Positions 35,423 to 43,224 of a stretch of 64,000 bases of DNA are shown piece by piece; the stretch's first letter is position 1, and each line of letters opens with the position of its first letter. The stretch spans positions 7,059 through 71,058 of the forward strand of contig JANJXX010000005.1 of the NCBI GenBank assembly GCA_024720975.1, written 5' to 3'. The position numbers and the translations under genes are program-made. This stretch comes from Thermoproteota archaeon. Its GTDB lineage: Archaea > Asgardarchaeota > Njordarchaeia > Njordarchaeales > Panguiarchaeaceae. The notes beneath the pieces were generated by a model. That model saw only the letters and a list, made by a program, of their open reading frames with translations. It did no database searches and was not told the origin of the DNA.

Positions 35423-37057
35423 ATGAAAGCGAAGGCAATAGCAATCCTAAGTTTCCTTCTAGTAGCCGCCCTTACTGCAATAAGTGTAAGCACAGTCTAC
35501 GCAAAAAGCTATAATAAAACGCTTCCCGATTTCTCTGATTTCCTAGAGTCTAGAGACGTGGCTGCTATAATTTACGAATTTGTAGGATCCCTCAGTGCTG
35601 GCAAGGAAACTCCCCAATACAGCTTCTCCGTCGACTCTACAGTTACTAAAATAGAAGTAACCCTCAATATGCCAAGTGGTACTGACTTTGACTTGTCCGT
35701 CTGGGATCCCCAAGGCAGGCGTACTGGAGGCTGGACTTCGACGGATAAGTCTGTAAAAACTCAGATTCCAAATTCGAAATATTCAGGAGACTCAGCGAAT
35801 CCTGAGTGGGTCACTGTAAGTCCTCCTGCAAGTACAGGTACTTGGAAGACTAGTTGTTATGCGTACTCAGGTTCTGGCAACTTCAAGATCACAGTAAAAC
35901 TGTACGTCACGTCAACAAGCCAGTATAAGTACATATTCTCGGGCTCAGTTAGCAGTGGCAAGGATAGCACGCAACACTCATTTAGTGTTCCATCTACAGC
36001 GACCAAAGTTGAAGTAACCCTTAATATGCCAAGTGGTACTGACTTTGACCTATCAGTTTGGGATGCTCAAAACAGGCGTACTGGAGGCTGGACTTCGACG
36101 GATAAGTCTGTGAAAAATCAAATTCCAAACGCGCAGTACTCAGGATACTCAGCGAATCCCGAGAAGATTACCGTAAGCCCTATAGACTCCACGTCAGTTG
36201 GTACTTGGAAGACCAGTTGCTATGCATACTCAGGTTCTGGAACATACACAATAACAGCCGTGGTCACTCTGTCTACTAGCAACGGTGGTGGAAGTAGTGG
36301 AGGCAGTAATGGAGGTAGCAGTGGAAGTGGCGATGGTGTAGTTAGAAAGTGGGCTGTGATAGTTGGTATATCTGACTATAAGGCAATCTCAGACTTGTCA
36401 TACTGTGATGAGGATGCAACGGATTGGTATAACTTCTTAACAGGAAAACTCGGCTGGCCCTCCTCGAACATCAAAGTTTATGGAGATGGCAGTAGTAGCA
36501 GTTATTATCCAAAGTATGATGGTAAGGCGACGGAGTATAACGTCAAGCAGGCATTGAACTGGCTCGTAACAACGGCTGATGCCGATGATATAATCGCATT
36601 CATATCATCCGGACACGGAAGTGGAGACGGTAAAGGAAACTCATACCTCTGCATGTGGGACAGTGGAGCTGGCGAGAACGGTCAAGATGGAAATCTCTGG
36701 GATTACGAGCTAGCAGCAATACTCAAGAATGCAATTGCCGCTAAAATATTCGTATTCCTGGACCATTGCTACTCCGGTGGATTTGGAAACGACTTAATGA
36801 GCATGCCCAATAGTGCTAGAGTATACCTGACGACAACATGTACTGAAAAAGGATATGGATATGATGATCCAAATCACAAAAACGGTGCATGGACATATTA
36901 CTTCCTAGAGTACTCATGGATAGGAAAATATGGAGGATCCCCAGACGTAGCTCTAGAAGATGTATACGCATACGCTAAAAGTGCATACCCATACAGTGGA
37001 GGCGACGCACCACAGCAATTCGATGGAAACCCCAACAGTCCATTCTACCTCAAATAG
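35423..37057 (+). CDS. Secreted clan-CD cysteine peptidase (caspase/legumain-like) with two N-terminal PPC-type beta-sandwich domains
   Basis: Signal peptide, two ~117-aa repeats carrying GTDFDLSVWD, a Gly/Ser linker, then KWAVIVGISDY...SSGHGSG...FLDHCYSGG (His-Gly / Cys dyad order of clan CD). Confidence 0.7.
   Translation: MKAKAIAILSFLLVAALTAISVSTVYAKSYNKTLPDFSDFLESRDVAAIIYEFVGSLSAGKETPQYSFSVDSTVTKIEVTLNMPSGTDFDLSVWDPQGRRTGGWTSTDKSVKTQIPNSKYSGDSANPEWVTVSPPASTGTWKTSCYAYSGSGNFKITVKLYVTSTSQYKYIFSGSVSSGKDSTQHSFSVPSTATKVEVTLNMPSGTDFDLSVWDAQNRRTGGWTSTDKSVKNQIPNAQYSGYSANPEKITVSPIDSTSVGTWKTSCYAYSGSGTYTITAVVTLSTSNGGGSSGGSNGGSSGSGDGVVRKWAVIVGISDYKAISDLSYCDEDATDWYNFLTGKLGWPSSNIKVYGDGSSSSYYPKYDGKATEYNVKQALNWLVTTADADDIIAFISSGHGSGDGKGNSYLCMWDSGAGENGQDGNLWDYELAAILKNAIAAKIFVFLDHCYSGGFGNDLMSMPNSARVYLTTTCTEKGYGYDDPNHKNGAWTYYFLEYSWIGKYGGSPDVALEDVYAYAKSAYPYSGGDAPQQFDGNPNSPFYLK
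35570..36280 (+). repeat. Intragenic tandem duplication (two ~351-354-bp units) encoding the PPC-like domains
   Basis: Units lie at about 35570-35920 and 35927-36280. They share long identical runs such as CCAAGTGGTACTGACTTTGAC and CAGGCGTACTGGAGGCTGGACTTCGACGGATAAGTCTGT. Confidence 0.8.
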
Positions 37058-37337
37058 TATTTGATCCTTTCCTACATTCCTTTTTCTAGTCCTTTCTCCC
37101 CTCTGATTAAGTTTGTATCAGGAGTGCACTTACAAGGCTGCCTTCTCGGGTTTAGAAGTTTCTCAATCACTCATTACTGTTAATTGACTTAGCGCAGACT
37201 TATATCATGAGAATCGGAAGATTTGCAAAAATATTTCAAGACTTAATTGCATTTGGAGAAAGGCTATAATGAAGTACCTTGGGTCTTCAATATAAGTGGA
37301 TCAGTCCTTTACAAGAGACTTGTCGTCCGGGTTTAAT

Positions 37338-37739
37338 TTATCGCCTATGCTGTGTGGAGAATTTGTATGGTAGTAATCTAGAGAGTTCTAGTATTACAGG
37401 TTCTCCTTCCTCTGAGCAAATAATCACCTCAAAATTGTCGTCAACGAACTCACTCATGACCTGTCTACAGGCACCGCATGGGGATGGGTTGATGTCAGGT
37501 GAATATATGAGAATTCGGTAGAATTTCTTTGCCCCCTCTGAGATGGCTTTAAAAAATGCTACCCTTTCAGCACATACGGTCAGTCCATATGATGCATTTT
37601 CTATATTGACTCCAACAAAGTAGCCTTTGTCTGTTTCAAGCACAGCGGAAACTCTTATTCTAGAGTAGGGGGCGTATGAGTTCTGAATGTATTGTTTTGC
37701 AATTTCTAAAAATCTCTCAATAAAGAGTTCTCTAGCCAT
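37338..37739 (-). CDS. cdd: Cytidine deaminase
   Basis: CAERVA and PCGACRQ zinc motifs. The ATG at 37739 (MARELF) is preferred. Confidence 0.85.
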   Translation of the reverse strand: MARELFIERFLEIAKQYIQNSYAPYSRIRVSAVLETDKGYFVGVNIENASYGLTVCAERVAFFKAISEGAKKFYRILIYSPDINPSPCGACRQVMSEFVDDNFEVIICSEEGEPVILELSRLLPYKFSTQHRR

Positions 37740-38089
37740 CGGATAACACCTTAGGTCTACTTTGATCATGAGAATGAATTTTTGTAAGGTCCTAGGAGGC
37801 GTATAAATCACTATTTTTGATTATTAGTCGTCACTTAATTTGAAATTGCGGGTAGCTTAACTTAGCTTCTCTCTAAAAGGTAAACGACTTTAAGCTAGGG
37901 CAAGCGAATGAGTATTAAAAACGTACTAATAATGACTAGCCGTTAAGTAAGTCAGATATCGTTAGAAGTCTTTAAAAAGTGAGAATGAGTAAATCTACTA
38001 TATCGTGCTAATTGAATATGATATCCGATTATCTTCCTCAACTCTAGCTTATAGGTATAGTCTACTTAATCTTCCACAGGAGGAGAGCT

Positions 38090-38485
38090 TTGAGTAGTGA
38101 TATTCACGATAAGCTGCACGAAATTGCCAACTCATACGATATAATATCACTCTACAGAATGGAAAAAGACGGGGAAGTCTTGCTCTATGTATTGACTTAC
38201 GATGAGCTAAACTATGAGAAAAAGAAAGAGATCGAAAAAAGTTTAATCAGCTTATTTGAACCTACTAAATGCACTGTACTTTTTGTCTCAGATCTTCCTC
38301 CTCAGCATCTTAAACAAATGGTCGAGGGGTCAGAAATAATTTTCGTTCGTGACAAAAACTTGAGTGACTCAATACTAGCTGGAATACTTACTCTGAGTCT
38401 CGACTTTCAATACCTTGCAAACGAGGGAATGAGCCTAATACTGAGGAGAAAAATAGCTGAAGCTCTAACCTCACGCGGTGAATAG
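38090..38485 (+). CDS. Hypothetical small protein (first gene of a five-gene overlapping operon)
   Basis: TTG start after GGAGGAGAG. 131 aa. No GSx(n)DxD nucleotidyltransferase motif seen. Confidence 0.4.
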   Translation: MSSDIHDKLHEIANSYDIISLYRMEKDGEVLLYVLTYDELNYEKKKEIEKSLISLFEPTKCTVLFVSDLPPQHLKQMVEGSEIIFVRDKNLSDSILAGILTLSLDFQYLANEGMSLILRRKIAEALTSRGE

Positions 38486-38912
38486 GATGTTAGAGAGTTT
38501 ATCGAGCGACCCGCTAAAGAGAGCATGCAAGATCATTGATTGTGCTCTTGAAACTCTTAAAAAAGTTCTAGGAAAGAGTGATAGCGAGGTGCTTTCATCA
38601 GAGCTTGAAACTTATGCGCTTAAGGGCTCGGCATTGTCTCTTGTTCAAGGTTTTTTAGATCTTGCGAACTATCTATCCGCGATTAAAGAGTATCATCCAC
38701 TGAACTACAGTGATATGATCTTGTACCTGATTCAGAATGATATTGTTGATAAGGAATACGAGAAGCTTGCAATAAAATTGGTAGATTTAAGGAATAAGCT
38801 CTTATTTGTGAATAGTGGCGAATCCGTAGGGGATCTTCTCAATTTCCTCCGCGAAAATCTTAAGCGAATAGAAGAATTGTGCAACTCCCTGATTAGAGCA
38901 TGTCTCTCGTGA
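38478..38912 (+). CDS. Hypothetical helical protein, possibly a degenerate HEPN/DUF86-like domain
   Basis: Overlaps the upstream gene by 8 nt. The DLRNKLLF motif sits where DUF86 has RNxxxH, so His is replaced by Phe. Confidence 0.35.
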   Translation: MNRMLESLSSDPLKRACKIIDCALETLKKVLGKSDSEVLSSELETYALKGSALSLVQGFLDLANYLSAIKEYHPLNYSDMILYLIQNDIVDKEYEKLAIKLVDLRNKLLFVNSGESVGDLLNFLRENLKRIEELCNSLIRACLS

Positions 38913-38918
38913 AAGCGG

Positions 38919-39203
38919 TTGACTACTATGTCAAGAGGTAAAAAGGCAAGAATATGGGAGCGCCCACTTAGAATTGCTATTTTGGAAATTCTGGAGAGAA
39001 AGGGGGGTAGAATAACGGAGAAGGAACTCACGGATAAACTTAAGGAAATGTATACATCCATCTCAGAACATGAGATAAATGCTGAGTTAATGCATTTAGA
39101 ATTAAACAGGCTAATCTATGTTGACTCATCTACGCCAACGAATAAAGTAATAGAGCTTCTCACAGAAAAGAAATGGTTCAAAGCTATAGGGGGAACGGAG
39201 TGA
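38919..39203 (+). CDS. Small winged-helix (wHTH) protein
   Basis: RIAILEILERKGGRITEKELTDKL pattern, 94 aa. Confidence 0.45.
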   Translation: MTTMSRGKKARIWERPLRIAILEILERKGGRITEKELTDKLKEMYTSISEHEINAELMHLELNRLIYVDSSTPTNKVIELLTEKKWFKAIGGTE

Positions 39204-40210
39204 TTCCACGCAAATTACCTCTAGGGAAAGTGCCTATAGATGTTCTTAAAAGGCTACTAGAACTAGCGCCACTAAGCGAAGATGTGATCGTAGGACCAGG
39301 TATTGGAATAGATGCGGCGATCATGAGATCAGAAGACGATTATATTATAGCTGCCTGTGATCCAATAACAGGTGCATCAAAAGAAATTGGCTGGCTATCG
39401 GTCCATGTAAACGCAAACGACATATACGCGAGTGCCGGAAAACCTAGGTGGTACGTAGCAACTCTCCTTTTTCCCAAAGACTCAACAGAGGAGCAAATAG
39501 TAGCAATCATGCGGGGCATAAGAGAAGGTTTAGAAGAAACAGGCGCATCGCTTGTCGCTGGGCATACAGAGCTTACTAACAGAGTTACCGAAGCCATTGT
39601 TGTAGGAACAATGATAGGAAGTCCATTTATTCCGGGCAAGTATATTTCAAATAGGAGTGCGAAAGTGGGGGATGCGATAATAATGACCAAAGGTGCTGGA
39701 ATAGAGGGTACATGGATTCTACTGGAAGAAAGGGGTAGCGAACTAGAACTACCCGCAAGAATCCTGAGTAAAATACCAGAACTTAAGAAAATGGTAAGTA
39801 TCAGAAAGGACGTTCAAGCTCTCCTTAGAATAGGTATAAATAATATTCATGCGATGCACGACGCCACTGAGGGAGGGGTCCTAGGAGCCATATATGAAGT
39901 ATCGGAGGCGTCCAGGGTAGGCTTCGAAATTTATGAGGAGAGCATTATTGTTAGAGAAGAGACTCAAATACTGTCTGAGATTCTGGGCATAGACCCCCTT
40001 AAGTTGATATCATCTGGCACGCTTCTAGCTACCGTCGATAAGGACTATGCAGAGGATGCCATAAAAGTGCTTAAAAAGGAAGGCATAGATTCATCAGTAA
40101 TAGGGTATATAAGGGAGAGCGACAGGATATTAGTTAAGAAGGCTGGTGAAAGACTGCGCATTTCATCGCCACCCACAGATGAACTTTGGAGAATAATTGG
40201 AAGCTGTTAA
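39200..40210 (+). CDS. PurM/AIR-synthase-superfamily protein (HypE/ThiL/SelD-related), C-terminal Cys
   Basis: GIDAA...ACDPITG...VHVNANDIYASGA-like and VAGHTE motifs of the PurM fold. The GTG at 39200 overlaps the upstream TGA. The protein ends ...IIGSC. Confidence 0.65.
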   Translation: MIPRKLPLGKVPIDVLKRLLELAPLSEDVIVGPGIGIDAAIMRSEDDYIIAACDPITGASKEIGWLSVHVNANDIYASAGKPRWYVATLLFPKDSTEEQIVAIMRGIREGLEETGASLVAGHTELTNRVTEAIVVGTMIGSPFIPGKYISNRSAKVGDAIIMTKGAGIEGTWILLEERGSELELPARILSKIPELKKMVSIRKDVQALLRIGINNIHAMHDATEGGVLGAIYEVSEASRVGFEIYEESIIVREETQILSEILGIDPLKLISSGTLLATVDKDYAEDAIKVLKKEGIDSSVIGYIRESDRILVKKAGERLRISSPPTDELWRIIGSC

Positions 40211-41454
40211 AATTGGTTGCGATAATCGGCTTAGCAACACGTCTTCAGATAGATTCTGTTGAGAACCAATACGAATACATCAAGCAGAACTTAGCAGACT
40301 CATATGATGAAGACTTTGGTATTTTAACGAATGAAGCTTCACTACGAAAACTCATCACGAGACTAAAGAATCACAACATTATAATATCAGTTGTGCTCAC
40401 TGGTGGAACTAAAAAGCTGATAGTCAACCTGGGAAAGCTAAGGAAGCCTATGATTCTAGTATCAAATGACAAACAAAATGCACTTTCATCATCTTTGCAT
40501 GCACTCTATATCCTTAGAGATCACAACAAAAAAATTCTACACATACAAGGCGACCTGAAGACGGTACCGTGGAATTCGGTAAGAAAAGTTATCTCAGGAA
40601 TAAATGGACTATTATCAAACCCGGCAAGAAATATAGTACTTATCGGCGTTTCTAGCAACTTTCTAGAGGAGGAAAAATATAACCTACATTCATTAAAAGA
40701 TAAATTTGGCTTGTCCGTAAAAACGGTGTCTCTTAGGAAGTTTCTTAAGCAGTTAACGAAAGCTGAACCCGATGAAGGCGCTATATCAAAGATGTTAAAA
40801 ATTCTAGAAAAAACGAAGACGGATGATATCTGCGAGAAGATAGCTAAAATTCACGCCGTTAGCAAACTGTTAATGAAGGGATCCATTGCTGGGGGAATCA
40901 GATGTTTTCCAATAATTTCAAAAGTTGGAGTAACTCCCTGCTTTGTTGTCTCTGATTTTCTTGATGAAGGAAAAATTTTCGGATGTGAAGCAGATTTAGC
41001 GGCTATAATATCAATGCTTCTAGCTAAGTACATAACCGGGGAGATACCATTTGTAGCAAATCCGATAACTCTAGAAAAAACTGGTAGACTAACTTTGGCT
41101 CATTGTACGGCCGCAACAAAGCTTTTTTCATCGGATGCGAAGTTATCCGAACATTTCGAATCAAAGAAAGGATATGCTGTGGAGGGAAGTTTTAGAGAGA
41201 ACTCAACAATAACGCTTTTGAAAGTAGATCCCGGGTTTTCAAAACTCCTTTTGATCAGAGGACAAATTCTCGTCGGAAAGCGATTTTCCAACGAATTTTG
41301 TAGGAATCAAGTTGTAGTAGGCTTCGAGAAAGAGCCACTAAGAATACTTTCCGGAGAGTTTGCGCACCATTTGATAATGATATATGGGGATCATACAACC
41401 GAACTTAAATACGCGGCAGAACTATTAGGACTTGAACTCGTGAATTATTACTAA
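40186..41454 (+). CDS. L-fucose/arabinose isomerase-like protein (COG2407-type)
   Basis: GCEADLAAIISMLL....G..PF.ANP....LAHC and a C-terminal HHLIMIYGDH pattern. Start ambiguous (40186 or 40213). Confidence 0.55.
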   Translation: MENNWKLLKLVAIIGLATRLQIDSVENQYEYIKQNLADSYDEDFGILTNEASLRKLITRLKNHNIIISVVLTGGTKKLIVNLGKLRKPMILVSNDKQNALSSSLHALYILRDHNKKILHIQGDLKTVPWNSVRKVISGINGLLSNPARNIVLIGVSSNFLEEEKYNLHSLKDKFGLSVKTVSLRKFLKQLTKAEPDEGAISKMLKILEKTKTDDICEKIAKIHAVSKLLMKGSIAGGIRCFPIISKVGVTPCFVVSDFLDEGKIFGCEADLAAIISMLLAKYITGEIPFVANPITLEKTGRLTLAHCTAATKLFSSDAKLSEHFESKKGYAVEGSFRENSTITLLKVDPGFSKLLLIRGQILVGKRFSNEFCRNQVVVGFEKEPLRILSGEFAHHLIMIYGDHTTELKYAAELLGLELVNYY

Positions 41455-41567
41455 CCACCTTCTTAGTTACTTAGAATAATTCTCGTCATGATTAAGAAAT
41501 CAGTGGTAAGAGTTCCAAAAAAGTGGGAGAGTATTATTTTAGATGCCAAGTGGTGTGGCTTCAATGA

Positions 41568-41599
41568 CCCCGAGGAGGATTGTAGTTGCCTCCTCGGGG
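41568..41599. terminator. GC-rich 11-bp perfect hairpin between convergent genes
   Basis: CCCCGAGGAGG, a 10-nt loop, then CCTCCTCGGGG. It lies 3 nt from the speH stop codon. Confidence 0.4.
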
Positions 41600-41602
41600 C
41601 CA

Positions 41603-41962
41603 TCAAGCACGTTGCTTTTCTGTGTGGGGCTCCCCCCGCATAAGAGTAATACTGAAATATTTTTCAGGCTTTAGCGATTCGATGATTAGCTGAGAGGCTT
41701 TGTGCGGGTCTATACCCCGACAAGTAAAGACGTCAACTGCAGCATAACAGAATTCAGGCCATGTATGTATTGAGAGATGCGACTCAGCTATAGCCACTAT
41801 GCCCGTTACGCCTTGCGGATTAAACTTGTGAAAGTGATATGCAAGCACAGTACCGCCAGCCTCTTTACTGGCCCTTAAAAATAACTCTTCCAGAAACTCT
41901 TTGTCATTTAATAACTTCGGATCTACCCCATGTAGTTCTATAATTATGTGTTTTCCCAGCAT
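41603..41962 (-). CDS. speH: S-adenosylmethionine decarboxylase proenzyme (pyruvoyl type)
   Basis: The AESHLSIHTWPE self-processing site and the ~120-aa size fit. Confidence 0.85.
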   Translation of the reverse strand: MLGKHIIIELHGVDPKLLNDKEFLEELFLRASKEAGGTVLAYHFHKFNPQGVTGIVAIAESHLSIHTWPEFCYAAVDVFTCRGIDPHKASQLIIESLKPEKYFSITLMRGEPHTEKQRA

Positions 41963-42135
41963 CTTCCACCGCCGGTGGATATATGCTTAGAGTTATTAGA
42001 GATATATTTAACTTAAAAAAGTGTAATTGCGTTACTCGTCTCGAAATTCATGCAACACAATAATTGTTTCTATATTGCTTAAAGAATCTTCTGTTGTTTA
42101 ACCTAGGAAAAAAAGAATTACTGAGGTAATGCACA

Positions 42136-43224
42136 ATGACTAGGGAAAAAGCCTATGATTTGTTGCTTGAGATCGCTAAAAATGCAGAGAAAAAAACAGG
42201 TATTCCCGCATATCCTCGCTCAGTTTTAAATGTTATGTCAGCAGCAGCACTTTCTAACAATGTCTTTTGGGTGGCTAGATACTCTCGGGAAGCCTTCAAT
42301 CTTCTTATCGAAATTCTCAAGGAATTAGAAAAAAGAAACCTGGTAAATCTGCAGGCTGGTGTTGAACTTACAGAAGAGGGGAAGAAGCTTCTACAAGATG
42401 TTGGGTACGAGATCAAGTTTAGAATCTGTGACCATTGCAAAGGACGAACTATACTGTTTGACGAGATCTTGGATAAAGACGTTGTGAGAGAATTTATTAA
42501 GATACAAGAAAATAGACCCCCAGCAATCCAGGAATTTGATCAGGGTTTTGTTACTTCAGAGACAACCCTTGCAAGAGTAGCGTACATGTACTACAGAGGG
42601 GACTTAAGAAATAGAGACATAATAATACTAGGAGATGATGACTTACTTTCGATAGCTGTGGGGCTCACAAATTTAGCGAATAGGATCGTTGTAATAGACA
42701 TAGATAAAAGGTTAACTGAATTCATACAAAGAGTGTCTAACGAATATGGACTTCGCATAGAGGTTTATACAGAGGATTTGAGACGCCCGCTACCCGAGGA
42801 TCTCTGCCGAAAGTTTGATGTATTTCAGACAGATCCGCTAGAAAGCTTGAATGGATTTAAAGTTTTTGTAGGCCGTGGAATCGCTGCACTTAGAGGGGAA
42901 AGATGCGCTGGCTACTTTTATCTCACATTAGTTGATGCTTCGATAGACAAATGGAGAGAAATTCAAAGGCTTTTGTTGACAGAGTTCAATGTAGTCATCA
43001 CTGATATAATACCTGACTTCTCAGAATACGTGAACTGGAATTTGTATTTCGAGGAAATGCAAGCATGGAAAATCCTTCCAGAATCCCTAAGGCAAATACC
43101 AAGAGATGGCTGGTATGTTTCAACGCTCTTCAGAATCGAGACTCTTCGAGGCTCGCGGGGATTATTCGAGACCATATCTTCGGAGGAAAACATATATTAT
43201 GATAAAGAGTTAGCATCAGCATGA
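42136..43224 (+). CDS. bpsA: N4-bis(aminopropyl)spermidine synthase-like (DUF43 / BpsA family)
   Basis: DUF43 core DQGFVT.ET...R...M..RGDL..RDIIILGDDDLLSIA. Divergent from speH. Confidence 0.7.
   Translation: MTREKAYDLLLEIAKNAEKKTGIPAYPRSVLNVMSAAALSNNVFWVARYSREAFNLLIEILKELEKRNLVNLQAGVELTEEGKKLLQDVGYEIKFRICDHCKGRTILFDEILDKDVVREFIKIQENRPPAIQEFDQGFVTSETTLARVAYMYYRGDLRNRDIIILGDDDLLSIAVGLTNLANRIVVIDIDKRLTEFIQRVSNEYGLRIEVYTEDLRRPLPEDLCRKFDVFQTDPLESLNGFKVFVGRGIAALRGERCAGYFYLTLVDASIDKWREIQRLLLTEFNVVITDIIPDFSEYVNWNLYFEEMQAWKILPESLRQIPRDGWYVSTLFRIETLRGSRGLFETISSEENIYYDKELASA

Noticed and set aside
38090-38912. I considered calling the overlapping pair a canonical MNT/HEPN toxin-antitoxin system.
   Set aside because: The first protein lacks the GSx(n)DxD nucleotidyltransferase signature. 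The second has Phe at the catalytic His position of the Rx4-6H motif. Only the geometry is TA-like, so the pair is reported as hypothetical within the operon finding.
41494-41646. A 50-aa plus-strand ORF (MIKKSVVRVPKKWESIILDAKWCGFNDPEEDCSCLL...) spanning the GC hairpin.
   Set aside because: It overlaps the 3' end of speH on the opposite strand and runs through a perfect palindrome. It has no RBS and no recognisable domain, so it is likely spurious.
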